Part shown: piece by piece, positions 53,641 to 64,000 of the stretch | Layout of the letters: each line of letters begins with the position of its first letter | Position numbering within the stretch: the stretch's first letter is position 1 | Assembly (NCBI GenBank): GCA_051294905.1 | Contig: CM119372.1 | Span: 38,752,001 to 38,816,000, forward strand | Direction of reading: 5' to 3' | DNA: 64,000 nt | DNA from: Botryllus schlosseri | Lineage: Eukaryota | Notes under the pieces: model-generated | What the model saw: the letters and a program-made list of their open reading frames with translations, nothing else | Databases searched by the model: none | Told to the model about the DNA's origin: nothing | Program-made: the position numbers and the translations under genes

Positions 53641-54740
53641 CTATGCACAACGAGGTCGATGAAGTTTTAAGCGCCTATCCCACCATAACGAGGTACGAGA
53701 AATTGCCCAGTACGATTGTTTTCAATGATCGCGTCCGTCCCAGACCTCGTAAAAAAATGCGACATCACGTACATATATGAAGCAGCCAACTAAGTAGACC
53801 AACACAAAAATTCGCGACAATATATAGTGACTGTGCAATTAACAAAACAACTTTTTGTCTCAAGAGTAGAAGGTGTCAAGGGGGTTCGTTAGAACGTTTG
53901 TGATTTGACGCCACGATATCGCTGTAGCTTTTGTAATCGTTCACACCATGAACAAATATATTTCACGTCTTGTTTCTAAGTGTTGGGGGTTTATATGGGC
54001 TCCTCCTCGCCATCCCATCCGTGTAAGCGCTATCTTGTAAAACCCCAGAAGTGGGCCGTGCTACAAGTCTGCAGCTAAGGAATGAAAATGTAGAAAATCG
54101 GCCTGGTCTTGATGACCAATGACCATAGTAGTCGACAAACACCACGAATACGACAAACAACAAATAATGGTATTGTTACATATTGTTCGGAAACATGAAA
54201 TCTCACCTCGTTCCGATCCTTTGGATTGTTTTGATAAACCACGTCATTCACGTAACTCCAGCCAACTTCTTCATGAGCCATAGTTTTGAGCAATTATTTT
54301 TTATCTATTTATCCTAAATATACTCTGACTATGCCTCTGAGGAATCGTAATTTTCGTGTGATCATCTGCTTTCCCTGCACACTTACGTATATTTGTCAAC
54401 TGCTATGTCAATACAGTGCATTATCATGCTATAGATATATCGAATCAACTTGAATTGATAGACATTATCCAATCTCGGGATTGGTATTCTGTATCTCGAT
54501 TCATGAACCTTACTGTGAAGTACCAAAATTTATTTGAGCGTATACTGTAATCATCTATTCTCTTTACTGGGCAAACTGGATCCTATAAGTGTCAACGGTT
54601 TTGTCTGCAGCTATCATATGTTAGCGCCAGATGGCTACTGTAACGTGATCGCACTAGATGCTGCTCGAAAGTGTCATCATTTCTGTACATCCGAGGTCAT
54701 ATCCTACCGGAACAGATAGACGGACGTGCTGCGCTTTGAG

Positions 54741-55242
54741 CAGGGCATGGTATGGAATGGAATGGGAATTTTCCATACTCCTTACCCGTCGCAATCGTTC
54801 CATACGATGCATAACAATTTTCCATACCATAGCAGCATTCTTCCAAACCATATTTGATAATTTTCCATACTTTCGCAACTTGCACAACCTCTCAATTGAT
54901 ATTCTATTTTTGATGCGTGGAAATGTTCCGGCGTTTATATTCTAATTATTTTGGAAATTATCCGTTTAAACAGCCCTGATACATCAATGATATCCCCAGT
55001 TTCTTTATTTTATATCATATGTCGTCAGCAATGTAGGTTGCCTAATCATCGAAGACGGAACTTATGATATATAGCCACGGGTATATGGGAAAGTATCGAA
55101 AAAGTATACAAGTATGGAGAAAGCGTTCAATGTCATAATTAGGAAATTTCCATACCATACCATACTTGCACATTTCCATATTCCATATACCGAAATATTG
55201 TTCCGTACCATACCATATACTTCCATACCATACCATGCCGTG
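54741..55242. mobile_element. MITE with CCATA/TATGG subterminal repeats
   Basis: TIR cagggcatggtatgg/ccataccatgccgtg; no direct TSD. Confidence 0.75.
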
Positions 55243-56608
55243 CTCAAAAGTGACACCGGCATATCGTGAACAACCCGAACATTAATAAGATAGGGTGACT
55301 TCATCGACAATTTTATGCGCTATATTCTGGATCAGATTAAGGTTGTTATAACAACCATCGGCTACGGGATCAGACCACCTGGTTCGAACCCGGTGTACAA
55401 ATCCCGAATTCACTTCTGCGACTGGCAATAGGGGGACGCCAATTGTATTGGATTTTGTTTTATTCCGTTCTATGACTAGCAAATCAACTTAAATAGTGGT
55501 AAGAGATCTTTGCTCACATTGAATTTATCACTGCACCGAGTTATTACATTTAATAATATTTTATTCTATACAAAGCAACCCATATAATATAACGTTCATG
55601 TGAGGTTACGGGTCGCAACACTAAACAGTATCAGCCTTTATGATACGATGAAGAAATATTCTGAAGATTTGATTTTGTCACCTTCAAATACAAATATATT
55701 TAGCTAATCATTTTGACCAAAAAGATTCAAAGCATCTTTGCTGTATGAAGGCCTGTCACCAGTGGTAGAGTGTCTATTTCTTTGTATTTGACAGGATGTG
55801 CACTGCCGGAATTAATATTTTGTCGAAAATAACCCGAGCTAGCGTGACGGCAGAATTTACCGGGGAATTGGCAATCTGAAAGTACGGGCAATAAATCTTA
55901 TGTGAATTATGATAAACTACTGCAAACATGGAATGATATTGCAAACATTGTGGTCATATATTTCGCTAATAGCGCGATGAAAAATTACGATATTTGACAG
56001 ATTTGTCGAATGCTAATTTAGAATGAGAACTCTGGGATATATAGATTATAGAACTGTTGTTCTACTATATATTCATATGTACCTACTGCAACCTCTACTG
56101 CGTCGCCATTTTCTTCAGCTATTTCCATACCTCTCCCGGAGGCCAGCCCTCGCCATATCGCCCCCTGAACGTTTTCACCCCCTTCAAAATCCAAATCGCC
56201 CCTTGGGGCGCTGGCGATCAGGTTAAGAAGCACTGATTCATGCTGTTGTGACGTCGTAATGAGGGATACTCTAATCCAGGGGTGGGCAATTATTTTCCTC
56301 CGCCGGCCAAATGAGAAAAAATAAATACGTTGGGGGGCCGAGTGAAAAACATTAGCTATATTCTCCTGCGTATTTTAATTTTATTTCTAAATTGCATTGT
56401 TAATAAATGCTGCTCAGTGAATTAGTTGATACTCGAAAATGAGCAGGGCTTTGGAGCAGCCGTAAATTTAAACTGCTCCAGCTCCGGCTCCGGAGCTTTC
56501 TTCTATCATACACTAGCTCCGGCTCCAGCTCCGGAACCGCATTATTACCACTGCTCCGGCTCCAGCTCCGGCTCCGGCTCGGAAATTATTGAATGGGCCT
56601 GTCTATAT

Positions 56609-58119
56609 CAGGGGTGGCCAACCCGCGGGCCAAATGTGGCCCTCGAGAGGGTTTTGAGTAGCCCGCGAGGTAATTTCCAATTATATTATCGAAAATGAAT
56701 TGCTCAGATTGTGAACTTGCAATGCCAACCAAAAATTACAAGTCTGGCTGCGACACTTGGGATGTTGATTACTAAAATATCAGTTCCGACGCAATGGCAG
56801 ATCCAGGGTCCAGTCACATTTTCAGTAAATCGTCGTACATTACAATAAACTAAAATAGTAGTGAAATTTTTCTTCACGCTTCGCGTGTTTAATTGTCACA
56901 CGATTTCTTGCTTCGTAGCCTACCCCCTACTGAAAATGATAAAAACGCCTAATTTACCCGATTGAGTCTAACTGTATTCGCAATTACGGGAGAAAATCTT
57001 TTCGTGTTTGCGCTCGCATAAAGGTTGTCGACGGTGAATTGTAGGCACAAAATGATTGTCGTATATTATCGGATACCGTAATTTTCCGAATATAGTGCGC
57101 CCCCATGTATAATACGCACCCTTAAAATGACATGTATTTTCTGGGGAAAAGCCTGTACCCATGTATAGTGCGCATCCTGCATTCGCAGTACATGAATAGT
57201 TGCGGTTTAGTATTCGATGTTGTTCTGTTTTGCGATGTCATTGTCGAACAATCATGAAATAAAGATCGCTAATCATAATACAAATAACGGCATTGTCTCA
57301 AAACGAGAGTAGATAGTAGCCAAAGCCTGTGAGGTCGGCGACGCGATAGCTCCGGCTAGCGACACACGACATCTTGCGCATGTGCCATATTAGAATTACA
57401 GATGCGATTGCTCAGGCCAACGGTTATGTCCGGCGCACCAGTCCTGTTGGAGATGCGACTGATTACGCAAGCGATTATATCTTGCGCACATGGCCTCTTA
57501 TGTATGCGATTGTTAAGGCCTGTCGTTGACGCGCTGAATCAACAAGTATTGCCGCGCACGCTTGTAGCAATCAGCGACTTAATTTCGCTCGCGTACTAAC
57601 GGCAAACCAACTCAGCAGGAGATCGCGTGCTTTGCAGACGACTCTCGTTAATTAGAAACACGCTTTTCGTTAATTGGCAACATGCTTCTCTATTAGGCAG
57701 CGCGTGACATACGAATACGGGGCCCGATGGCTAGAGGTGATGTGCGATTTAAACAAGCATGAAGAAAGGTGTGATTTCAAGTTTTTGATCGAGTGATTTT
57801 TTTTTCAAGGCTTGCTGTACCCATGTATAATACGCACCCCCCTAATTTAGGGCGAAAAATCGGTAAAATTTTGCGCATTATATATGGAAAATTACGGTAC
57901 CTTCGACATCGATGTGGCCAGACGCCGAATAGTCGTGTCCTTGGAAACTGAGCCTAGCGGGCGGTATACAGTAGACCCGCAATATACTCAAATATTAATA
58001 TTATTGACCTACTTTATTTATAAACTTTGAAAATTTTACCCGCTGGGCGCGGCTAGTGAACCGCGCGATCGTTCGTCAATTGCATGTGCCCCTTTATCCG
58101 AAAAGTTTGACCATTCCTG
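56609..58119. mobile_element. Nested hAT (Charlie-like) element
   Basis: Perfect TSD gtctatat. Confidence 0.88.
57076..57897. mobile_element. Tc1/mariner-pogo-like MITE
   Basis: TIR ccgtaattttcc..atata.tgcgc and its inverse; TA TSD; block absent from the host paralogue at 26271-27111. Confidence 0.88.
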
Positions 58120-59719
58120 GTCTATATAGATTACTAATCTACCCATAGGTTAGTTATCTATAGTAATCTAGAGTCTGTCAGCCGTCAGGAATATCCGATG
58201 TAGCAACGAAGACATAGGTGCTGCCGTGTCGGCTTGTGACGTCATAATGAATACTTCTCAATTGTCGATAACATCATAATTGCACTAGAACGCACTTTAC
58301 TCCATGCCATTGCTGTGAACAGCAATAAAATTCAGGCCTGCTGTTCAATTATGATAAATCAGCAGATGTGGTTGTTGCATATATAATAGCATCTTATGAA
58401 ATAGGTCGGAGCCGGAGCTACTCCACAAATAACGGGCTCCAGCTCCGGCTCCGGCTGAATTTTATGAAGAGCTCCGGCTCTAGCTCCGGTGAAAATGCAC
58501 GGCTCCGGGGCTCCGGCACCGGGCTCCGGCGCCGGCTCCAAAGCCCTGGTAATGAGAAAGTGACGGTTAAGTAGAAAATATATATTAGGTGTCATAATTC
58601 GAAACGATGTTGAACATGATACATTTTAGCTCTCTTTAAGGAGTTTAAACCCATATCCACGTTCTTCAATTAAGACTCGAAAACAGTGGGTCTCGAAATA
58701 TTTCGCGGCCCCTTATCATGCTATAACAAAATATTAAATAGTGCTATCAGAATGCTAGCAATCTCAACGGGTAGTTTGATGGCGTGGAAGATTATGGCTG
58801 TTGATGAGAGAATTGTGAAATATCAAAGCCGGACAATACACAGAGCAACAACTATAAGCTGGAGTATGTCGCGCGGAGCGCGAAAAAATATCAATAAACT
58901 TCGGCTTCGCGCCACCCTTCTGATGCTTTCACGTCTCCCAGTTCGAGAACCACTGGACTGAAATGTATATGCAATAGTACAAACCATGTTTTCTTGGTCG
59001 CTGCCTTCCGAGCAGTTTGCAGGTTACATAGCCTTTATGTTGAGCGAAGCTCGCAGTTTTTCGGAACTTCGACTTCCCTTGACCGAGTGTTTCGTGCTTT
59101 TGTCATAAGACCGACTTTAATTAAAATCCCTAATCACGGCGACATGATTGGCAAAACTGAAGCGATGAGTTTACCGCTGACTACAGTATGCGAATATTTA
59201 GTACTTTAAATTCTAATCCTAAGCCATCTTTGAGTTTCAGTTTTTGGTTTTCTTTCTTTTTTGGCATGCCCGTTAATCCTTTATGAGTAATTTATATGAT
59301 GAGTCATATAGTAATAGCGAGCACTGATTGACTTGTTTACGAATTAGGGATTTGAAAACATGTCACGTCACAAATTAAATTGAAACACATACTGCATAGT
59401 GCGTTTTGTGACAATGTCAACAAGGAAGGTTTGAACAAAACTTTATGGAAAGAGTGATTTCTTGTGACTTCAATTGCTGCTCATACTTTGCCACATGGCC
59501 TTTAATGTGAATCTGGATTACGCATGCCAGGTATGTAGGCAGCGTGATCGTCGCATATTAATGAGCAGGCTTCAAAGTAAACGAATTTCCTGTTCATTTG
59601 ATACAACCTATGGTTTTAGTCGTTCAAAAAGCAAGTTTTATGTTTTGAATTCCGAGCAACCTTTCGCGGGCTGCATGGAATAGCTTGGCGGGCCGCACTT
59701 GACCAGGTATGCTCTAATC

Positions 59720-60901
59720 CAGTGGTTCTTAACCTTTTTTCCTCCAGCACCCTCTTTCAACAATTATCGTGCTCCAGCGCCCCCAACCTCATATTGTAAG
59801 TAATGTAATGAAGACAATGAGTAAGAGGGAGGGCCGTAACAGCACTTCGTCTACCCTCTAAAAACGATTTCCTTGCGCACCCATAGCGTGATAAACCAAA
59901 CTTCTGAGGGCTTCGCCACCAAGAACCCTATAGCGTGACTTCGATGGTCAGCAAAGTTTGTGTGGCCAGGTTGCCCTAGGTACCAAAATTTTCTATAATG
60001 CATGAATGAATAGGTGGTAATTACATATATAAGTCGCTATAAACTTTTTATCCTTTCAGCCCACGTAATCAGATTTACCAGTAGCGCTGAGTGAGCTGTT
60101 GTATGGGAAAATAAAGGGCACGTAATAAATAATTAAACATATTCGGGCGTGCCCGTAGGTACAATTAATTCGTTACCAGGGCCGTAACAGCACTTCGTCA
60201 GCCCCCCACCCAAAAAAATCGTTGGTCTTGGGCCCTCATATCGGGTGATAAACCAAACTTCCGGGGGGTTTCGCCCCAGACCCCCCTTCGGCTATCCGCT
60301 ATTTGCTGATACTAGTCATCTACATTGGGTGTCCATTTACTGAGCCAGCTATTCTCGCCTAGACGCGCGAAGCGCGAAAATTTTCAATAATTAATGATTG
60401 AATTGGTCAATGTGATCGGGAATTGCATGTATATTGATATCAATTTTTATCCTCTTTCTGCTCACGTAAACAGATTTACCGGTAGAGCTGAGTGATGTGT
60501 GATTGAAAAGGTAGGACCCCTCAATAATAATTATACATCTTCGGGCGTATACCCGTTGGCAGGAACGAAACGGCACTTCGTCAGGCCCCCCGAAAAAACA
60601 TCGGTCTTGGGCTCCCATATTGTGATAAACCGACCGCCCCCAACACGTTGTTCGCTTTCACCACGAAATCAGCTGTACTGTTTAGCGAGCCAGTGCGAAG
60701 CGCGAAAACTTTCGATAATTCATGATAAAATCGGTCAGTAAGATCGGGAATTGCATATATATTGCTATCAATTTCTTGTCCCCTCCTCTCACGTTACCAG
60801 ATTTACCGGTAGAGCTGAGTGAGGTACAATGTTCCCTCTAAGCTGCGCACGTGCGCAGTGCTGACACGGTCTCTGCGCACAGAAAATCTACGTTGCGCAC
60901 A
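59720..60901. mobile_element. Second copy of the composite element at 8814-9990
   Basis: Colinear, high identity, same nested CAATGTTCCCTC insertion. Confidence 0.85.
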
Positions 60902-60929
60902 ACCAAACCTTCCATGAGCAACTTAAAAC

Positions 60930-62110
60930 TGCTTGAAGTAGAAGTAGAATTGACTGTCTTCAAATCTACTCAGGTAAGTAAGTAGTTGTGAAAACGACTT
61001 TCGCATAGATAGATTGTCTAAAGGTGCAAATTGAAGTATGCGGCAGGTTCCGAGCTTGATTCCTATTGATGCATTCCAGAAGGTATTCCATTTTCGACAG
61101 CATAAGCATTCGCCCGCATGATGAGCTGAAATGACAGTATTGATATGGAAACGCAATACTAATCCTCTGCTTAATCGAACAGCACGTTATAGAAAATGTC
61201 ATGGTATCGCGCAATCCCTCATATTATAAGGAACTTAGTTTGGTCGAAGAGCAATACCGGGAAGTGGTATAGGATACTGTGCGAACACTTTGTGCGATTA
61301 GTAAATGGAAATAAAAAATATGGTGGATGAAAAAAATGACATATTGTGTAACTTTTTTTGCGGAAATAATTGACATTACTTCACTTGCATTTGTACTTCA
61401 ACCTGTATGTTATCCAGACAAAAGAACTGATATTAATTAGAACTCAAAGTATATGATACTGGGAATTAAATGTGAAATATGAATACTACTTCTAAATGCA
61501 GAAAATGTATTTCATGTGTTTAGTACAGAAAGTTTCAAAGGTGGTATGCTAAAACAGCTCTGAAACTAAAAAAGTCTGGGTCCACTTTTCCAGATTAGGA
61601 CAGGCCATGGGGCTGCTACATTACGATATGATAAATGAATGCTAGATCGCGAAACATAAGTTTCAAACGTTATGATGAGCCATATATACTGTGATGAAAG
61701 ATTTCATATGGACGAAGGGCGACAATGCAGTGTAAACGGAACCACGCCAACCCGCTAACTAAACTATATTTACCGATACTTTTGTGAAACCATACTGGTT
61801 ATTCCGTATCCACTGAGCGCCAAGCGCGACGAGAATTCTGGGCTTTTAGAAACTTTTATGAAAATTAAATGTTCATACTCCGTGAAAACAGCCCCGAAAC
61901 TCCTCACGCTATCCTTTTGATTTGAGGAATAAACTACTTCTACTTGAAAAATTGAAATTAGCGAAAAGTAATTAAGTAGATCACAAAACATTACGAAGTA
62001 GAAGTAAAAGTAGCAAAAATCAGATCTAGCCTACCTGAGTAAGTACCATAAGTAGAGGAAAAGTACTTGAGTACTTCGAAAAAGTAGAAGTACTTCGTTA
62101 CTGACCACCT
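60930..62110. mobile_element. AAGTAG-repeat TIR element fragment; inverted relative starts at about 50567
   Basis: End aagtacttcgttactgaccacctc mirrors gaggtgctcattaacgaagtac at 50569. Confidence 0.55.
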
Positions 62111-62641
62111 CATATTTGCACATGACTGATGACAAGTGCACAATAATTGACCTAAATTGGAACTAAATCTTGTTGGGGTCCGCGGGGTCCGAGGCATTGC
62201 AAAAGGGGTCCGCGAAGACAAAAAGGTTGATAACCACTGCCTTAGTGGATAAGACTGACAACAAATTAACGTATCGCTAAAGCTCTACGGATTTTGCTAA
62301 TTGGTGATAGCAACGTTTTAAATCGGTCTCCCTCTCAACTGAAACAGCACTTACTAAATTGAAACCCGTCAGACCAGACATTACATCAATTAATACTAAC
62401 ATGTAAATAAATCTTTCTTATGCCCGGAGGCGACAGTGAGGAGCATGAAACGAATGAACGACTGGCTGCCATCAAGTCATTGCCAAGGCTGCCAATGGAA
62501 TCTACGTGAGATTAGAACTACTGTATCTGGAAATCGGAATAGTCATATTGGGATTTCGTGAAATTAAATAAAATCTATAGTAATCTAAAAGGCAGCATAC
62601 CAAGCTGTCAGTGTCGTATCAAACCAGGCAACAACGTATCT

Positions 62642-62711
62642 ATGGCTATAGCTGCGGTTTCGCGTCTGTCGCTCGTGCTAGCACTGTTTTCGTCTATTCA
62701 AGGCCAGAGAG
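62642..62711 (+). CDS. Putative first coding exon (signal peptide) of a secreted or membrane protein
   Basis: MAIAAVSRLSLVLALFSSIQGQR then phase-1 donor AG|gtagga; TCAGT initiator-like motif at 62608; no downstream exon identified. Confidence 0.4.
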
Positions 62712-63276
62712 GTAGGAGTCAATTATTGTGGGAAGCAAGGATTAGCCATACATCGGAAATGTGCATTCGCCCTTTAGGACATGGTTATTTGCATTCAGCA
62801 TGCTCCTATGCTCAAAACATATTCGAAGCCATTTGCCCGTGTATTGGTACTTGTGGTGAGGCGCAATTAAGCAATTATTGCTTTCATGTGATTAGTATTC
62901 ATTTCTACAGTACGCTGTTGCCTTATTGTTAGCGTGCCTTTCTTTTCTTTGCTGTTCTGCTGCTGGGTGCGTTCTATGTTTCTTAAAATCACATTGGTTT
63001 CCTTTAGTTTCATAAAGCGATAGTCAGTTCACGACACCACTTTCGTCCAAAACTTATAATATATATGATAATGTTATTAAATATGTCGAAACCTAGTTTA
63101 TGGTTACTAGATAGTGATTTATTGCTTGATGTTTAAACGTACTGCGGCGTTTATGTGTGCGCATATTGGTAACATTGAAAGCTTTACTTTAACGACCTAT
63201 GTCGTTACCCCCTCTGCACAATTCTGATGCCAGGTGGTGTGTCCTAAATCTTTGCGTGCATGTTGTTGGTGTTAGT

Positions 63277-63694
63277 TAGGCTTACCATATTTTGGAAATC
63301 TGAAAAGAGGACACTTTTTCAGAAATTTGAGACTTGCAAAACCGGAGAAGAATTCTCAAAATTCGGTGAACTTTTCCCACTTTGTGATCGGTCGACAAAA
63401 AAAAGGTCAACTTTCCCGCTCAGAGCCCAAAATACCGTTTCTTCCTCCACATTGCCGGATGGTTGACTAAAAAAAAGGTCATATTTTCGCTCAGAGCTCA
63501 AAATAACCGTTTAAGCGTCACTGCTGTGCTAATTTACGGCATATCACTCGCATTTTGCTCTAAATATGACCTAAATTCTCAAGAAAGAGGACAAAATCTC
63601 AAAAAAGAAGACATTTAGGCGTCCTCCGAGGACACTTCCAAAAAAGTCAAAAAAGAGGACAAATCCTCTTAAAAGAGGACGTATGGTAATCCTA
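63277..63694. mobile_element. Blackjack-like MITE (AGAGGAC family)
   Basis: TIR taggcttaccata/tatggtaatccta. Confidence 0.8.
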
Positions 63695-64000
63695 CTGTTT
63701 GATTACTGCATTGTCGAGGGATTTCGTTGTATTGTAACGGCAAAGTCTTGGGAGACTATTTCACTGCTGAATTAAAAAGCCTTGACATGATGTGACGGAA
63801 CTTCATGGAATAACAACATCCAGCTCGCAGAGAGTCATGTTCATACGGGACTCATTTGAACCGTTTACTTACAATTTAAATCGATTCAAGACTTGACTTC
63901 TATTATCACTCCAAAAAATTTGTCCTTTATCAATAAATAAAATAAGATCTTGGTTGCTTTCACATCTTATTTAACGCCCACTTGAAAAGTAATAACTTTG

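Larger units (their letters stand above)
34762..54281 (-). pseudogene. METTL27: METTL27-like methyltransferase paralogue, probably damaged: exons 54207-54281, about 54104-54142, 50424-50523, 40099-40210, 39919-40039, 34762-34986
   Basis: MAHEEVGWSYVNDVVYQNNPKDRNE|VFVDYYGHWSS..|MKNVGSVGNRGLVKVAFHLVKNDETSQMLDVAAG|TGWTAEHFRDSGYVGQIDGIEMNAAMLDIARKRGLYR|KTFCQEVV...GAFLENHLPQGCIP|HILRALKPGG...FAFVYRKL*. Exon 4 has acceptor GG and donor GC; exon 2 lacks a canonical acceptor and an in-phase end. Confidence 0.75.
56444..58548. mobile_element. GGCTCC-repeat hAT element
   Basis: TIR cagggctttggagc/gctccaaagccctg; TSD aaaatgag/gtaatgag. Confidence 0.88.
56277..59711. mobile_element. Outer hAT element of a four-level nest
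   Basis: Perfect TSD ctctaatc; left end caggggtgggcaa. Confidence 0.8.

Noticed and set aside
55360..55440. B-box-like ggttcgaaccc suggesting a tRNA or SINE
   Set aside because: No clear A box, cloverleaf, tail or TSD

Overview
Eukaryotic genomic DNA, probably from an invertebrate animal (inference from spliceosomal introns, a C-type lectin, and Academ/R4/hAT elements). There is no sign of prokaryotic operons, rRNA or CRISPR. Most of the window is transposon-derived, and most ORF-track entries are spurious. Host genes: the 3' three exons of a METTL27-like methyltransferase (+, 1225-3233); a convergent C-type lectin (-, 3808-5031); a second, damaged METTL27-like paralogue spread over about 19.5 kb (-, 34762-54281); and a probable signal-peptide exon at 62642. 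Mobile DNA: about 30 non-autonomous hAT-type elements with readable 8-bp TSDs, nested up to four deep; a decayed AcademX transposon with both TIRs (40740-45966); an R4/Dong-type non-LTR element containing a tRNA-SINE; a foldback MITE with an AT TSD; a pogo-like MITE; and a hAT transposase relic. The most unusual signal is a recurrent 5-6 bp insertion at TA sites (TA>TAGGCTA/TAGCCTA/TAGGCCTA). It breaks two transposon reading frames and is polymorphic between MITE copies, which suggests the excision footprint of an unidentified TA-targeting element.
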